A DNA stretch of 60,393 bases, filler included, from Dugesia japonica (lineage: Eukaryota), in assembly GCA_001938525.1 (NCBI GenBank). It is 5 parts of 5 records of this genome, joined end to end, with 100 filler letters (N's around TTAATTAATTAA, not from the genome) between each part and the next. Parts side by side here need not be neighbours in the genome. Positions count along the whole stretch, not along the records: positions 1 to 18,563 come from MQRL01610115.1; positions 18,664 to 33,300 come from MQRL01647871.1; 3 more parts are not named here. One strand, written 5' to 3'. A program made the position numbers and the translations under genes. Of this stretch, positions 12,851 through 25,989 are shown piece by piece. The notes under the pieces were generated by a model that was given only the letters and a program-made list of their open reading frames with translations, was not told the origin of the DNA and did not search any database. How positions within the stretch are numbered: the stretch's first letter is position 1; each line of letters opens with the position of its first letter.

Positions 12851-15169
12851 TTAATAATATCAACCAATGGGAAACAATGAAAACGATTATTAATATTTTT
12901 TATTTCTATTTACTTAAAATAATTTTAATCAGTGTTAATTGTGAAATAAATATATTTGAAAAAAAATTATCATTTGAAGATTTACCTAACTAAGTAATAT
13001 ATACACCAATAAAATAATATCAAAATATCTATCTAAAATTAAAACAACTAAACTAGTAGTAGAAGTAGAATTAGTATTTAATTAACAAATTTTAAATTAA
13101 ATCAAATAAAAAAAATTCTTTCAAAAATATTATATAAAAGTAAATCTATTTAAATTACACAGTTCTCTTATAAATTTTGAAAATAATTTTCATTCATCTT
13201 TGCTAAATTATTTAGTCGATTTTCGTGTAATTGCGGGATTCTTATTAGTATTTTTCTCTGAATTTCAGACACTGAAAAATTAATGAGAAATCAGTAAGTA
13301 TAGAATTGTGTCTTTATAATTTAGCGGGTAATTATTATATTAAAAAACCAGCTTTTAATTTTCAGTTTTTTTGTTTCACAGAAAATATTCAAATGCATCA
13401 ATTAATATTTTAAAATACTAATTTTTCTTCACTTTTACAAAAGAATTTAATTGCAAAAATGGCTAAAATAAATCCGACAGGAAGTCTTTCGAAAAAAATA
13501 ATAAAAGGAAAATCTTTCGTTTTTCCTATAAAAATTTTCAAAAACAAAGTATTTTCGTTGTTTTAAAACCACGGTATTGGTCAAAAAAACGTAAAATAAA
13601 TTTCCGATTTAAACTAATGAATAATAATAATAATTTTTGAGCAGTTTTAATTTTTATTTAAGAATATTACATTGAAAATTCTTAAAATTTAAAAATTTAT
13701 GTAAATTATAAAAAAAATTAGAGAATTTTTTAATTTTTTTATTTTTCTGTATGAAATAACCTAAACAAAATTGTTAATTGTTTTAAATTGTTTAAATTTA
13801 AAATAAATAGTTTTAAAAATATCAAAATGAATTTTAATAAATATTAAAATGAATTTCATTAATTATTCAGATTTTAATTCTCAAACTCAGACGAACATTT
13901 TTATAATATTTAAAATTAAAACTTTTTATTTTAAAAAATGTTTCTTACATTTTACGTTAAATTTAATATGCAGTCGGACCTCATTGTAGGTGAATTATTT
14001 GTATACGCTTTTTTTTATTAAAAAGCATATATTTGTTAAAATTTTTATTTAAGAAAAACCTTAAAATATTTGCACCCAAATTAGCATTAATTAATAACAG
14101 TTTTTTGTATCATATTAATTTTAAGATTTAATTGGTCATAATAGAAAATAAGAAAAATACATTTCTTTGGAAATTTAATTTAAAGTTAAAATATTGAAAA
14201 TGCGAAGTAGATATTTTTAGTTATAAATAAGAAAATCGATATCTCCATTATGATCCAGGTTATAAAAGAGCCTTCAGATTTCAATGTGATTTGAAGATCT
14301 TTATATTTATTATTAGCTCACAAGACATAAAAGAATTCAGCTGAATTTACTTGCTGAATACTTTTGTCTTTGAAAACAAACAGAAACATACTGTTTATTT
14401 TATTTCTTAATGTTATAGTAGTAATTTTATTATTTAAAGTTATCTAATAGTTTTAATAAAACTGAATGACAAATTAAAGGCATAGTTTTCTACTAAAGAT
14501 AAATAAATAAAATTTTGCATTTATTGGTTTTAGTTTCTATTTCATTTTATCTTTGCTTTTGGATAGAGTTCGTCAAAATGTGAATTATATGTATATTGCT
14601 GTAAATTTTATATCTTTATAGTATTTAATATTTAATAATAAAATTGCTAATTATGTCGAAGGAATTTATGAGAAGGAATTTATTTCTGGTAATTTCAAAT
14701 TTTTTCTTAAAATATTTATTCTAATTTTACTTTTATTAATTTTATACTTCATTTTAAAATTTCAAAATATTCTTATACTTNNNNNNNNNNNNNNNNNNNN
14801 NNNNNNNNNNNNNNNNNNNNNNNNNNNNNNNNNNNNNNNNNNNNNNNNNNNNNNNNNNNNNNNNNNNNNNNNNNNNNNNNNNNNNNNNNNNNNNNNNNNN
14901 NNNNNNNNNNNAATTATTATTCTTTTATTGATTTGCCACAAAAAAATTCCCCAAATCAACCTGTCTATTTAATTTACCTCACAAGTAGAATTGCAAAAGG
15001 AAGGAAAACAAGTTTTATGTACAAAGTTTAAGCATAATTCATGTGATGTTGGACGTATTTACAAATCGATTAAATAAATAGATATTTATTTAGATTATCT
15101 TTAAAAATTTCGATGACTACTTCATCAACCATTTCATTCAACTCATAAAACCTCGTTTTCTTATGGAGT

Positions 15170-16040
15170 AGTATAAATATTTCAATGCAATTGAAGCCCA
15201 CAGAAGTATTTTTATATCTATGGAAATGTGTTAGGTGTTCATTAGTGTCAATAGTGATTCACTTGATTTAGATCAGGTAATTACAGTCTTCAGAATAAGC
15301 CAAATTATGGACGGCCTCAGTACTGGACAACGATGTTTGGAGAGATTCGATCTAGTCAAACCTTTTCCAAACTATAAAAATTGTGGCTCAGACACTTGTG
15401 TGAGAAAAGTCTATTGTTCAGAAGCACTTAATATTTTTTAAAAGTTTTTTAGAACTGGGTAATGCGTTCCGCATGAATTGACTGGAGGAAAGAAAGCACA
15501 GCAAATTTTGATCCCCATAAAAAATTAACCATTTGTCCAAAATCTGATTAACGGTGATGATAATAGGGTTTTAATTATCTCATGGTAAGAAGTCATTAAG
15601 ACCAGCACGACTTCGTCTTCATCTGAAAATGGCACTGTGTTTGTTACGATCAAATAAGAATAATCTTTTTTGGAGTGGTTAACATGAGATAGATTGTGAC
15701 GGAAAACAATTTATTGTCAACAATCGGTGAGTTTACATTAAACCCTGATAGCTAAATGCCTAGCACTAATCATGAGAGGAGAAATTGTCCTCTATTAAGT
15801 TAAAGCTTGTCAACATTCCATAAACGTCACTCAATAAAAATAGAAGGTTTTGGTTGGGACCTTCTTCACACCTATCTTATAGTCTTGATATTGCTTCAAT
15901 GGATTACCATTTATTTCGATTTCTCAACACTGGAGGTAAAAAAAACTTGATGTTCGGGATGCTATCAAAAGTGTCCTATCGGAATACTTTGCATCGAAAA
16001 AGCTTTCATTTTATAAGTGTGAGAGAGATTTGGGAATTGT
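15170..16040 (+). mobile_element. Mariner (DD34D) transposase remnant
   Basis: CVPHELT (WVPHEL-like), NLINGDDNRV (ITGDEKW-like), HLSYSLDIASMDYHLFR (HPPYSPDLAPSDYHLFR-like). Confidence 0.85.
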
Positions 16041-16649
16041 TTAACTTCAAACTTATTTGCGTAATTAAAATATTTGTAAAATGTTTGAAATTTAAAATAG
16101 TTGGAAAAATAATTAAAATAATTATTGCTCATATTTATTTGAATATTAAAACTTTTCTAATTTAATTAATTCATTTCGGTCAAACATTGTGTTAAATAAA
16201 TGATTGATAATGAGAATGTTTTTCTTGCTAATAATAAGCATGGTATTGGAAATTTGGTGTTAAGATGGACCTGATTTCATCAAACATGATAGTGAATATA
16301 ATGATGAATAAATTTTTTAACCTGTTAATTAAATAAAGTTTTAATTATTTAATATAAGATTGAAAACGCGGTTTATTTCCGGTAAACTTGCAGGGTTAAA
16401 AGTTCAATTTAATATTTTAAGCGCGGATTTAATTTCAACTTTAATTTAATAAATACAGCTAGTATATAAAATCTAGTAAATAAAAATCTAATTAAACTGT
16501 AAACCAGGAAAGAATAGAATAAAAAAACATGTCATTATTAATATTTTTCTTTGAACCATTGAAAAACGGATAATACATATTTGAAAGATGCAAATAAAAT
16601 ACAAACTCTGAAATTATGGAAGAAATGTTTCTTGAAAAAAGCACTACTT

Positions 16650-17500
16650 TTATTTCATCAATTATATTTTATTAACATTTCTTATTTCTTCTAAGATATC
16701 CCTAAAAATTCCTAACAGTTCTCGGACGTTAAAAAATCTCACACTATTGGTTATTTGTTGGTAAAGTTCTTCAGCTGTCTTGGGTTCACTTTTTCTAACG
16801 CATTCTTTCCATTTAGTAAGCATATTGTCAAGAGGATTTAATTGTGTTGTATACGAAGGAAGAAATATGAAACGGTGGCCTTTATTTTCAAGTAATTTTT
16901 TTACTCTAACATTTTATATGAAATGAAACGTTATTCATTACAAAAGTACGATAAGATAAAACCTAAAAAATAAGAAAATTATCAATGAATTTATAAAAGG
17001 TTTGAGAATTGAAGACATTAGATTTTTCTCTAAAGAATTTCTCTTCCATATTGTTCATCGCATTATATAAACAAAAGTTACAAAATTTTATTCCGGGAGC
17101 AATACGAATATGGCTTTGACCAATGGAGTATAATCATAATGAGAAAATTTGAAAATCCTTTTTCCATTCAATGTAATTAGAAGATCTTGAAAGGTTCGCG
17201 AGTAGACAGCTCTTTGTTATTGAACTTCCAGGCTTATATTATTTTCCGCAACATCTTTTATTCTCTTAAAAAAATAATTCAAATCTTTGAAAACGTTTGC
17301 AATGGAAGTCAAAGAAAGTAAAACACTACAATTATTAAGAACTAACATCTCTAAAGTATTCAGTATAATATCACACTTTTCATCGACTTTTTCTCAAACA
17401 AAGAGTTTTATATCATCAGTTATCTTTACAGATTTTAAAGCAACAACATTTAATTTTTTGATTTTTGTTTTTTTTTAAACTTTAATTATATTAAAAATTC
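16650..17500 (-). mobile_element. IS630/Tc1-family (DDE_3) transposase remnant
   Basis: Minus strand: TFVMNNVSFH (VMDNxxFH) and GHRFIFLPSYTTQLNPLDNMLTKWKECVR (FLPPYSPxLNPIE..W). Confidence 0.78.
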
Positions 17501-18039
17501 TGGATGTTGTTAAATAAATTATTTGTTAAACTTCCACTTTATTTTTCCATCGTAGTTGTTTTGAATGGTAAGATATCTCATTACATTTGTAATTTTATTT
17601 TGTTATACTACCATAAGAGCAGCATATTGTTTTAATGACAGAATCCATTAAATTGATTTAGTAATATTTAATTGGAGTTCAAACAGATTAAATTTGACTT
17701 TATTTTGGAGTGCTTTAATTCGGTTCTGAAGCTAGTATTCGATTCCAATCTAATGAGACATCTTCAGTGAAATTGGAGGAGATTAAANNNNNNNNNNNNN
17801 NNNNNNNNNNNNNNNNNNNNNNNNNNNNNNNNNNNNNNNNNNNNNNNNNNNNNNNNNNNNNNNNNNNNNNNNNNNNNNNNNNNNNNNNNNNNNNNNNNNN
17901 NNNNNNNNNNNNNNNNNNNNNNNNNNNNNNNNNNNNNNNNNNNNNNNNNNNNNNNNNNNNNNNNNNNNNNNTTCTTTGAGAATGTGATCATTGTTAAATT
18001 TTCTTCTCCAGATACATTTGATGACAAAGGTTGTCTAGA

Positions 18040-18400
18040 TGAACTTTCTTATTTGGAAGCAGTTTTGATTTCTTTGGCAAGTTCTGAGTATTTTTCAATA
18101 TTTACAAGTTGGATATTTTTCACTGACGACAGGATGTCGTATGAAGTTTTAATATCAATGAGAAATAATTGCTTTTTAGGTTTAACTTCAATTTGCAAGT
18201 CCAGGCCAAGCTGGTTGTTAGAAAAAGAACTGCGTTGATCTGTTAAAATAAGCCAATCCCGGTGAGCGGCAAGTATTGAGGAGAAGAGAATTTCAACAAT
18301 AGCGCTATATATATTGTTGACAATGTTAAAGGCAAATCGTTATCTCTGGATAAGCAAGCTACCTAGCTATAAAGTCTTTTCTAAAGTAATATACAATACT
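18040..18400 (-). mobile_element. NeSL/R5-like RLE endonuclease fragment
   Basis: Minus strand: DQRSSFSNNQLGLDLQIEVKPKKQLFLIDIKTSYD...NIEKYSELAKEI, similar to the REL segment at 54800-54960. Confidence 0.6.
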
Positions 18401-18563
18401 AAAGAAAATAAATAAAAAAAACCCTCTTATTAAATAATTTACTGTTTATGGAAGTTTATCAAAAAGCAAACAGAATTGCAAGGTAGTTCAAATTATTAAT
18501 AAATCAAGTTTTCAAAGATCTTTTAAAAAAAATAATTGTTTGATATTGTCGATAATTATATTG

Positions 18564-18663
18564 NNNNNNNNNNNNNNNNNNNNNNNNNNNNNNNNNNNNN
18601 NNNNNNNTTAATTAATTAANNNNNNNNNNNNNNNNNNNNNNNNNNNNNNNNNNNNNNNNNNNN
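18564..18663. other. Artificial scaffold join N44-TTAATTAATTAA-N44 (six-frame stop linker)
   Basis: An identical 100-nt construct also occurs at 33301-33400, 42296-42395 and 51249-51348. Confidence 0.92.
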
Positions 18664-18820
18664 TGATCCGATCAAAAAAAATTGATCCGATCAAAAAAAA
18701 TTGATCCGATCAAAAAATTTGATCCCAAAAATCATACTGTCATCGTAATGTTTTTACGAGCCCCCCCCGGGGGGGGGCAGCGCCATGCATGTGCGGGTAA
18801 TGCGCTACTATCCCCCTACT
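18664..18820 (+). mobile_element. Polinton/Maverick-like right terminus (TIR end) with ~19-nt subterminal tandem repeats
   Basis: About 3.3 copies of TGATCCGATCAAAAAAAAT, a C8G9 tract, then ...ATGTGCGGGTAATGCGCTACTATCCCCCTACT, similar to 51426-51463. A ...CTACT 3' end is the AGT-repeat terminus type of Polintons. Confidence 0.6.
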
Positions 18821-18831
18821 TAATAAGATGA

Positions 18832-18996
18832 TTAGGCTTCTTCCTCTATGTCTGCATTAAAGCTCAATGGGAAGTAAGTTTCGTCGGGATGTTCTACTAA
18901 TTCGGGAAATAACAAGTGGCCGATGAGTTGCCGGATGCGAGCACGTTTTTGCTGATTCAATATTACTCGTAGAACATTTATTAATTCACCTGGCAT
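18832..18996 (-). CDS. 54-aa unknown protein (MPGELINVLRVILNQQKRARIRQLIGHLLFPELVEHPDETYFPLSFNADIEEEA), small-ORF cassette member
   Basis: Intact ORF below the track cut-off, preceded by ttttcatttAG|aatATG. Clear protein-level homolog at 38359-38544 (LR.IL.Q.K..R..QLI.H.LF..LV.HPDET). Confidence 0.6.
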   Translation of the reverse strand: MPGELINVLRVILNQQKRARIRQLIGHLLFPELVEHPDETYFPLSFNADIEEEA

Positions 18997-19139
18997 ATTC
19001 TAAATGAAAAAAGGTTTAAAATTAATTTTTTGTCGTGGCATAGCTATGAATTTCTTGATTCAACTAAAATGGATTAATATAAGTAGAAATGTTGTCCTAG
19101 ATTTCCTTAGAGTTGATAATTACCTCTCTTAATAATATC

Positions 19140-20100
19140 AACTTGTGAATAGGATTATTACACCATTATCTAGGTATAGTCAAATAACGAGAATCTTGTT
19201 AGTAATAGTTAACGGTGAAAACAGGGTAGCGATAGTGATAATAAATATAATAACGGTAGCAATTTTGATAATAATAATTAGCATAATAGCCATACCAATA
19301 ATAGAAACCACATTAATCATAATTTTAATAGCAATAATACTCACTATTATAACAACTATAATAATAATAACAATTATAATAGTAGTAATAATTATACCAT
19401 TAGTAATAATAATAATAGGAACAATCATAATCTTAATACCAAATACATGGAGACTATTTTTAACAGTAATATCGATGATAACCAAGATTGTGCAATAATT
19501 TTAACGGTTGCTACCGCTTATAACAAAGTTCGATAACAAATCGGGTTCATTCATATATTGCCAATAATTACATATTGCAATCCTATAAAAACAGACATTG
19601 TAAGAAATCGCTTTAGTGGGGAGATCAATCATGAGGACGTGGAAAATTCTCAACGATAGTCCTTATTTGGAGGATATTAATTTTGAGGAAGAATTCTCAT
19701 AGCTGCACAAGGATTCAGAATATTACTAATGATCCTTATAAGAGAGATGTCAATAATCGTAACAATACTAATAATCATGATAGTAACGGCATTAATAATA
19801 ATGAGCCCTATAATGGTACGAATAGTGATTAATATGATAATAATATTAATAATCTGAAAATCCAGCAAAAAAAATTACTATTAGTTATAAGAATGATAAT
19901 CGTAACTCGTAACTTCTAGTAAACTCATGATAACAAGCTGACAATGAGAATAATTTCCTTGATGTTATTAATCATCAGTTCCTGAGGAGGGTTTTATTTA
20001 AAACACACATAATATTAGCCATTAATACTAATCGTAATAAAGAGTTCTAATGTAATTTTATAGATGATTTTGTTAGCATTTATTACCATAATCAGAACGT
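19140..20100 (-). repeat. Degenerate (ATT/AAT)-derived low-complexity region upstream of the cassette ORF
   Basis: Cryptic trinucleotide repeat with Ile-rich ORFs on both strands. Equivalent position and polarity at 37900-38250. Confidence 0.6.
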
Positions 20101-21460
20101 GATATTTTGAGTTAGAGTTCCTCTGATAATAATGAGAAATGACTACTAAATAACTTTATGTTAAAATAACTTTATTTTTTGCAGAAACTTCTCATGGATT
20201 AGATTTTAAGCTCTATTAATGAATGAAAAATACAAAGATGATAAAAAAATTTGAACAATGAGAATTTGGTGAGGATTATTCATTTTTATTGGCTATCTAA
20301 AGATTACAAAAAATAATCTTTATAACATTTTATTTGCCAATGTATTTTATTGGATATTGTTATGAAATCGAGTTGTGTGCCTATTAGTACTTAAAAGAGT
20401 TGAATTACCATTCAAATGAGTACAATTCTTAAAAAAGTTCGCAGATTCACCAAAGGAAATTGTGTAATAAATTGTAATAAATTGTAATAATAAAAAATTG
20501 TAATAAATTTAAATCATTGAAATAAATTCTTGTTTAAAACAAGTTTAGATATTTTAAAGAAAATTTGTTTCAAACAATGAATAAATTTAAATCGAATAAA
20601 TATTTTCTTATCATTAAATGGACTTTCAGTTGATAATTTAAGAAAGTTCCATGCTAATTTTATAGTCAATTTATTTATTAAGAGATTTTGTTTTTGTAAC
20701 CCAAAACATTAATTGAACCCTCAGAAATAAGTATATATGTGCTATTATAAAAAATGTAACTCATTAATAAATTTTGTGCTTATTTCAGATGTCTCCTTTT
20801 TTAGCGTATTAAATAATGCGCTTTGTAGGTAAATAGTGGCTCATGACCTCGCACCTACCCCCTCCCCCCTCACGGAAAGAAATAACATTTGCGGTAGAAA
20901 ATTATATGTTTTCTTGATGGAAAATAATTTCTTGTTTCAATGGTTAAAATATTTTTAAAATCGGATAGATAAAATTTTTAAAGAATAGCGCGCAAGTTTT
21001 CTAATCCTTATCAAATTTTGTATCTATGCACAGAAAACGTGAACTTGAACATTTTGGTGCTATTTTCATTTAAATGTTACAAATGTGCTAATCGATAATC
21101 ATGAAAAAAACTTTTAGCACTTAACAGCAATCTAATTTTATTGATTTTCACTTTTTCGAATCGAAACCGTTGCTAACGACGTGGGACCGAAATTCTATCT
21201 ATACATTGCTTAATGAAATTTTGGCGTAAAGTGCTTCGTTCTCTATATAAATCATGTGCCACTAGCGCATGATTTCACCTGATCGGTCATCGCGTATTTG
21301 TGAAAAAATTGATCCAGTTTCTCTATAGTCCGATCAAGTATAACGTAATTAGATGTCACACACTACTGATATTTTCAAAGTCAAGAAAATCAATATTCAA
21401 ATCAAAAATTGGAAAAAAACGTTTTACAATGGGTCTACAACAAAGTTTTCCCATAACAAA

Positions 21461-21836
21461 TGTGAGCATGTTTTGAAAACCGAGTTGAAATTTTTGTGTG
21501 ATTGGTGATCCTTTTACTTAAAATCTTTTATTTAAAAAGATGTAAATTATAGATGAAAAATTTAATTAACGAATATCTGGTTTTAAATTTTAATAATCAA
21601 TTGAAATTTTGGATGAACGAATATTTGGTTTTAAATTTTAATAATAAAGTAAAATTTTTAAATAAAATTAAAATAAATTTTAAATAATTTGAAAAAATGA
21701 CCACTAATTAAAACATGAGATTTTAATTTGTTTGAATAAACAAATGGAGTTAGTTAGTTCTAGTTTGTGAAAAATTTTTCTATGCAATCAAGTTTTGATA
21801 TTAATGATCAGATGAGTTCTTCAAACTCATCTAACA
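21461..21836 (+). mobile_element. Ty3/gypsy LTR (5' position)
   Basis: TGT...ACA ends; near-identical to 25204-25576; followed by a PBS. Confidence 0.92.
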
Positions 21837-21852
21837 TGATGGCAGCGGTAAA
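21837..21852 (+). promoter_or_regulatory. Primer-binding site, tRNA-Leu-like
   Basis: TGATGGCAGCGGT directly after the LTR, resembling TGGTGGCAGCGGT (complement of a tRNA-Leu 3' end). Confidence 0.65.
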
Positions 21853-22199
21853 CACCGATGCTATCACAGAGAGATTGTGGCCAAAAATTTTTTGCAGAGG
21901 CGATGATCTAGAGAAGTTTATTAAATGATGTGAAATATACAATGCCGTCCATATGTTTTGAGCTACCCTTGTCATTTCCATAAAATAATGGAAATGCATA
22001 ACTATAAGTACTTTGATTCAGTCTGTATTTAACTGTATCATAACATATTTTGAAGTACATATTTCCAATCAAATATTTCCAAAGTATAATTTTTGTAAAT
22101 GCAGAAAAACTGATTTTTTCAAAAACATGAATTTTAAAGTCATTTAAGACAGTGAAACATTTTTATAACCATTTTAGTAACCTAACAACTTTTAAAATT

Positions 22200-22802
22200 G
22201 TTAAAATTAACTTGTATTTATGCCTTTATGTTTGATTACCTCTTGGATTCTTCTTGACATGCTTGAATAAAGATGTTTAATTTTAAATACCGGAATCATC
22301 ACCCAGTGGTCCTCCAAATTCCTACAAAGTGTCTCAATATTAATCGGCCTATAGCTAACAACCCTGGCTTTAAATCTGCCCACAGTGGCTCAATTATATT
22401 CAGATCTGGTGATTGCGTCTGCCAATCACTGAGCACACATAACTTTTGATTTTTCCAAAAAGGATGACACCAACCTTGATTTATGACATGGAGATCCGTC
22501 CTGCTGAAATATATTTTCTGCCTCATATATTAGCAACAACCCTTTATTTAATACGTTCATACAGGCAACATAATTCATCCAATCCGGACACCTTATAAAA
22601 ACTCTAGTGCCATCTTCTTTGATTGCGCCCCAAACCATCAAACTCTTACCTCTGAATTTCACAGTTTTCGTGGTATATTTGGATTTTCCTTTGATATACG
22701 AATAAGTGATCTTTTCAGATCTTAGTGTATTTTCGGCTTTCAACCACATTTAAATAAATTTCCCAATGTTTTATATTGTTTCGTCTTGAGTATAGCATGC
22801 CT
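22200..22802 (-). mobile_element. Tc1-like DD34E transposase remnant nested between the gypsy LTRs
   Basis: TVKFRGKSLMVWGAI...IFQQDGSPCHKS / DWQTQSPDLNIIEPLW. Confidence 0.9.
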
Positions 22803-23129
22803 NNNNNNNNNNNNNNNNNNNNNNNNNNNNNNNNNNNNNNNNNNNNNNNNNNNNNNNNNNNNNNNNNNNNNNNNNNNNNNNNNNNNNNNNNNNNNNNNNN
22901 NNNNNNNNNNNNNNNNNNNNNNNNNNNNNNNNNNNNNNNNNNNNNNNNNNNNNNNNNNNNNNNNNNGTAAATATAGTTTTTACTTAAAAAATTAATGAAT
23001 ACTTTAAAATAGTTTATATATTTAAATAATATCAAAATTTAAAAATACGCCATATTATAACAAATGTATTTTAATAATTATACAATAATTATTTGTAATA
23101 ATTTTTTAATGAATAATGATAACAGTATC

Positions 23130-25203
23130 ATCAGGAAGTGTAATTCTCAATGAAATACGCCATTAATCTGCGTTTCGAAAAAGAAAACATAGAATATACG
23201 ATTATACTTAGACTTTAGACAGCTCAATGCAATAACAGAAAGACAAGCTTTTCCTATGTCAAATGCGAACGAAATGGAAAGATTCTCAAGAGAAAACGGC
23301 CTTTTCGACCAAACAATGGCAATTTTGTTTCAATAGAATGCATTTTAGAATTGCGGCAGCACCAGTTACGTTCCAAGAAATGATGAATAAAGTAATCGGG
23401 AAAATAAAAGAAGCGATGATTTATGTAGACAATATTCTCATATTTATCGAAAAAAAGGAACGACATTATGAAATAATCAATAAGGTATTGACAGAAATTA
23501 AGAATGCTGGTCTAAAACTTAATCCAGAGAAATGCCAATTCATGCGAAAGATGATCATATTTTTGTTACATGTTATCAGAAAAAAGGTGTCAAAACAGAG
23601 ACAACTAAAAAAGAAGCAATTAAGAACTTTGGTAAACCAAAATGCGTTAACAAGATGAGAAACCTTTTGGAAATTTGTAATTACTATAGCAAGTTTATTA
23701 AAGATTTTTCAAAAAAATCTAGATTGCTGGAACAACTGTGTAATGAGCCAAATAACAAGAAAACGGAATAGGCAAATGAATTGGAAGAATATTTTAATGG
23801 AATAAAACAAGCACTAATGATGTCTCTAATATTATGTTTTCCAGATATAAATAGTAGATTTATTATGGAAACGTATGGGAGTTTTCAAACGCAGTACTAT
23901 CTTAAATAGAAAACAATGGACAAAAAAGAGTAATTGCGTATGGATCACACGCAATGACGATTCATGAGAAAGAATATTGTACTACGTGGAAAGAATTACT
24001 CACAGTTTACTACTTTTGTATTTTTTTCAAAAAATATTTGTATGGGAAGGGATTTATCCTCAGAACAGACCCTAAAGCCATCACTTTAATGCTAAATACC
24101 AAGAAACCGATTGTATCAAAGTTTCAAACTTGAATTAATAATTCGAGCTGTTTAGATAAAAAAAATTGGAATATAGAAAAGGATCGCTTCATACAAATGC
24201 GGATATGTTGTCAAGGAGTAAATACGATTAATGTGCACAATGTAAAATGTCAGATGAAGATTCCAAGAGTAGAAAATTCAAAACAAAGATATTAAATATA
24301 GTAGATATTCAAGAGAAACATGAAAATTGTGGGAAAAATGATGAAGGAACATGGATGCCAGATGATAAAGCAGAAGATGTTATATGCTGAAGCAGAAAAA
24401 GTTGCAGCGTATATGAAGCATAAATATAACGCAAAACATTTGTGAAGCAAAATACAAGAAGTTGTCCGAATCTGTATAACAAGCTAGAAAGCTAAAGTGT
24501 TAACATAAACACGAAGGAAGAAACGAAAAAGACACAGCCAACCGAAATGTTTGAGTTGTTATTTATAGATGTGTGTGGATCACTGCAGGAGACAAGTTTT
24601 CGAAAAAGAATTGTTCTCGGTATAATATATCAATGCAGTAAGTATTTAGCCTTGATTGTAATTAAAAAACAAGCGGAAGATACCACAAGGAAGGCAATAA
24701 TGGAGAAGTGGATATTAAAGTTCGGGTGTCCGAGAGAAATTAAAGTTGATTGTAGAAGAGTATTTAAGTCTAATACAATTAAAGATTTTGCATGCAATTA
24801 CTCTCAGGTTTTCGATTCCATATCATCACAAATGGACAAATCAAGAGACATTTTAGATCTATGCAAGACATTGCCGGAGATAGAATTTACCTTGAATGCT
24901 ACAAAACAGAAAACCATTAGGAAAAACCCTGCCGAAATTGTATTTGGAGAGAGAATCAGCAGAGAAAAATGGTACGAAACAAATACTCTAAGAAAGCACA
25001 AAGAACAAGATAAAGAGATATTGACCAAAAGAAAATTCAAGGTTGGTGATGAGGTCTTAGTGAAAGTTGAAACAAGATCATTATGATGTAACCTATAAGA
25101 TCAAAAGAAAGGTTCACGACAGACGTTACATCCTTGAAGATACAAACGGAAAAAACATCGAAAGAAATATAGAGAATATCAAAGAATTTCTTAAAAAGAG
25201 GGA
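23130..25203 (+). mobile_element. Ty3/gypsy pol pseudogene (RT, RNase H, integrase) with polypurine tract
   Basis: KTAFST..QFCFNRMHF..APVTFQ..YVDNILI (YxDD-like), RNase H VIAYGSHAM..EKxYC..KELL, integrase FELLFIDVCG..KFGCPREI..D. PPT AAAAAGAGGGA before the 3' LTR. Confidence 0.92.
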
Positions 25204-25576
25204 TGTGAGTATGTTTTGAAAAGCGAGTTGAAATTTTTGTGTGATTGGTGATCCTTTTACTTAAAATCTTTTATTTAGAAAAATGTAAATTATAGATGAA
25301 AAATTTAATTAACGAATATTTGGTTTTGAATTTAATAATAAATTGAAATTTTGGATGAACGAATATTTTGTTTTAAATTTTAATAATAAAGTAAAATTTT
25401 TAAATAAATTAAAATAAATTTTAAATAATTTGAAAAATGATAACTAATTAAAACATGAGATTTTAATTTGTTTGAATAAACAAATAGAGTTAGTTAGTTT
25501 TAGTTTGTGAATAAATTTTCTATGCAATCAAGTTTTGATATTAATGATCCGATAAGTACTTCAAACTCATCTGACA
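25204..25576 (+). mobile_element. Ty3/gypsy LTR (3' position)
   Basis: Direct repeat of 21461-21836, TGT...ACA, preceded by the PPT. Confidence 0.92.
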
Positions 25577-25946
25577 AAAGTCATCAAGTTTTTGATATTA
25601 CTTGATAAAGAAGTAAAACATAGTATCAAAATTTTTATAATTTACATGCGAGGTATCATAAGACAATTTACTTGTAACAAAAAGCGTGTATTTAATAAAA
25701 TACTAGATAAGCCTCCAACAAAGAAAATCAAACAAGAATTAATTGTAACTGAGGATGATTACGTCATCAAATATGCAAAAATCATCAAAAGATGAAGTCA
25801 GCAAAGATGATGTGACTTTTTGAAGACGATGTGGTCATCGTAAATCATGAGATTATCAATGATGAAGTGATGATAGAACCAAAAACGTTCACTCCATCCT
25901 ATTTAATATATGCTAATTTTGAGTCAGTATTTCCAACATATGAAAA

Positions 25947-25989
<43 letters not shown>
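25947..25989. repeat. (CA)n(TA)n microsatellite
   Basis: Direct observation. Confidence 0.9.

Noticed and set aside
16317-16398. Possible tiny piggyBac-like MITE (TTAACC..GGGTTAA)
   Set aside because: The inverted match is too short to support.
18664-18727. CRISPR-like repeats
   Set aside because: Head-to-tail tandem units without spacers, eukaryotic context, no cas genes.
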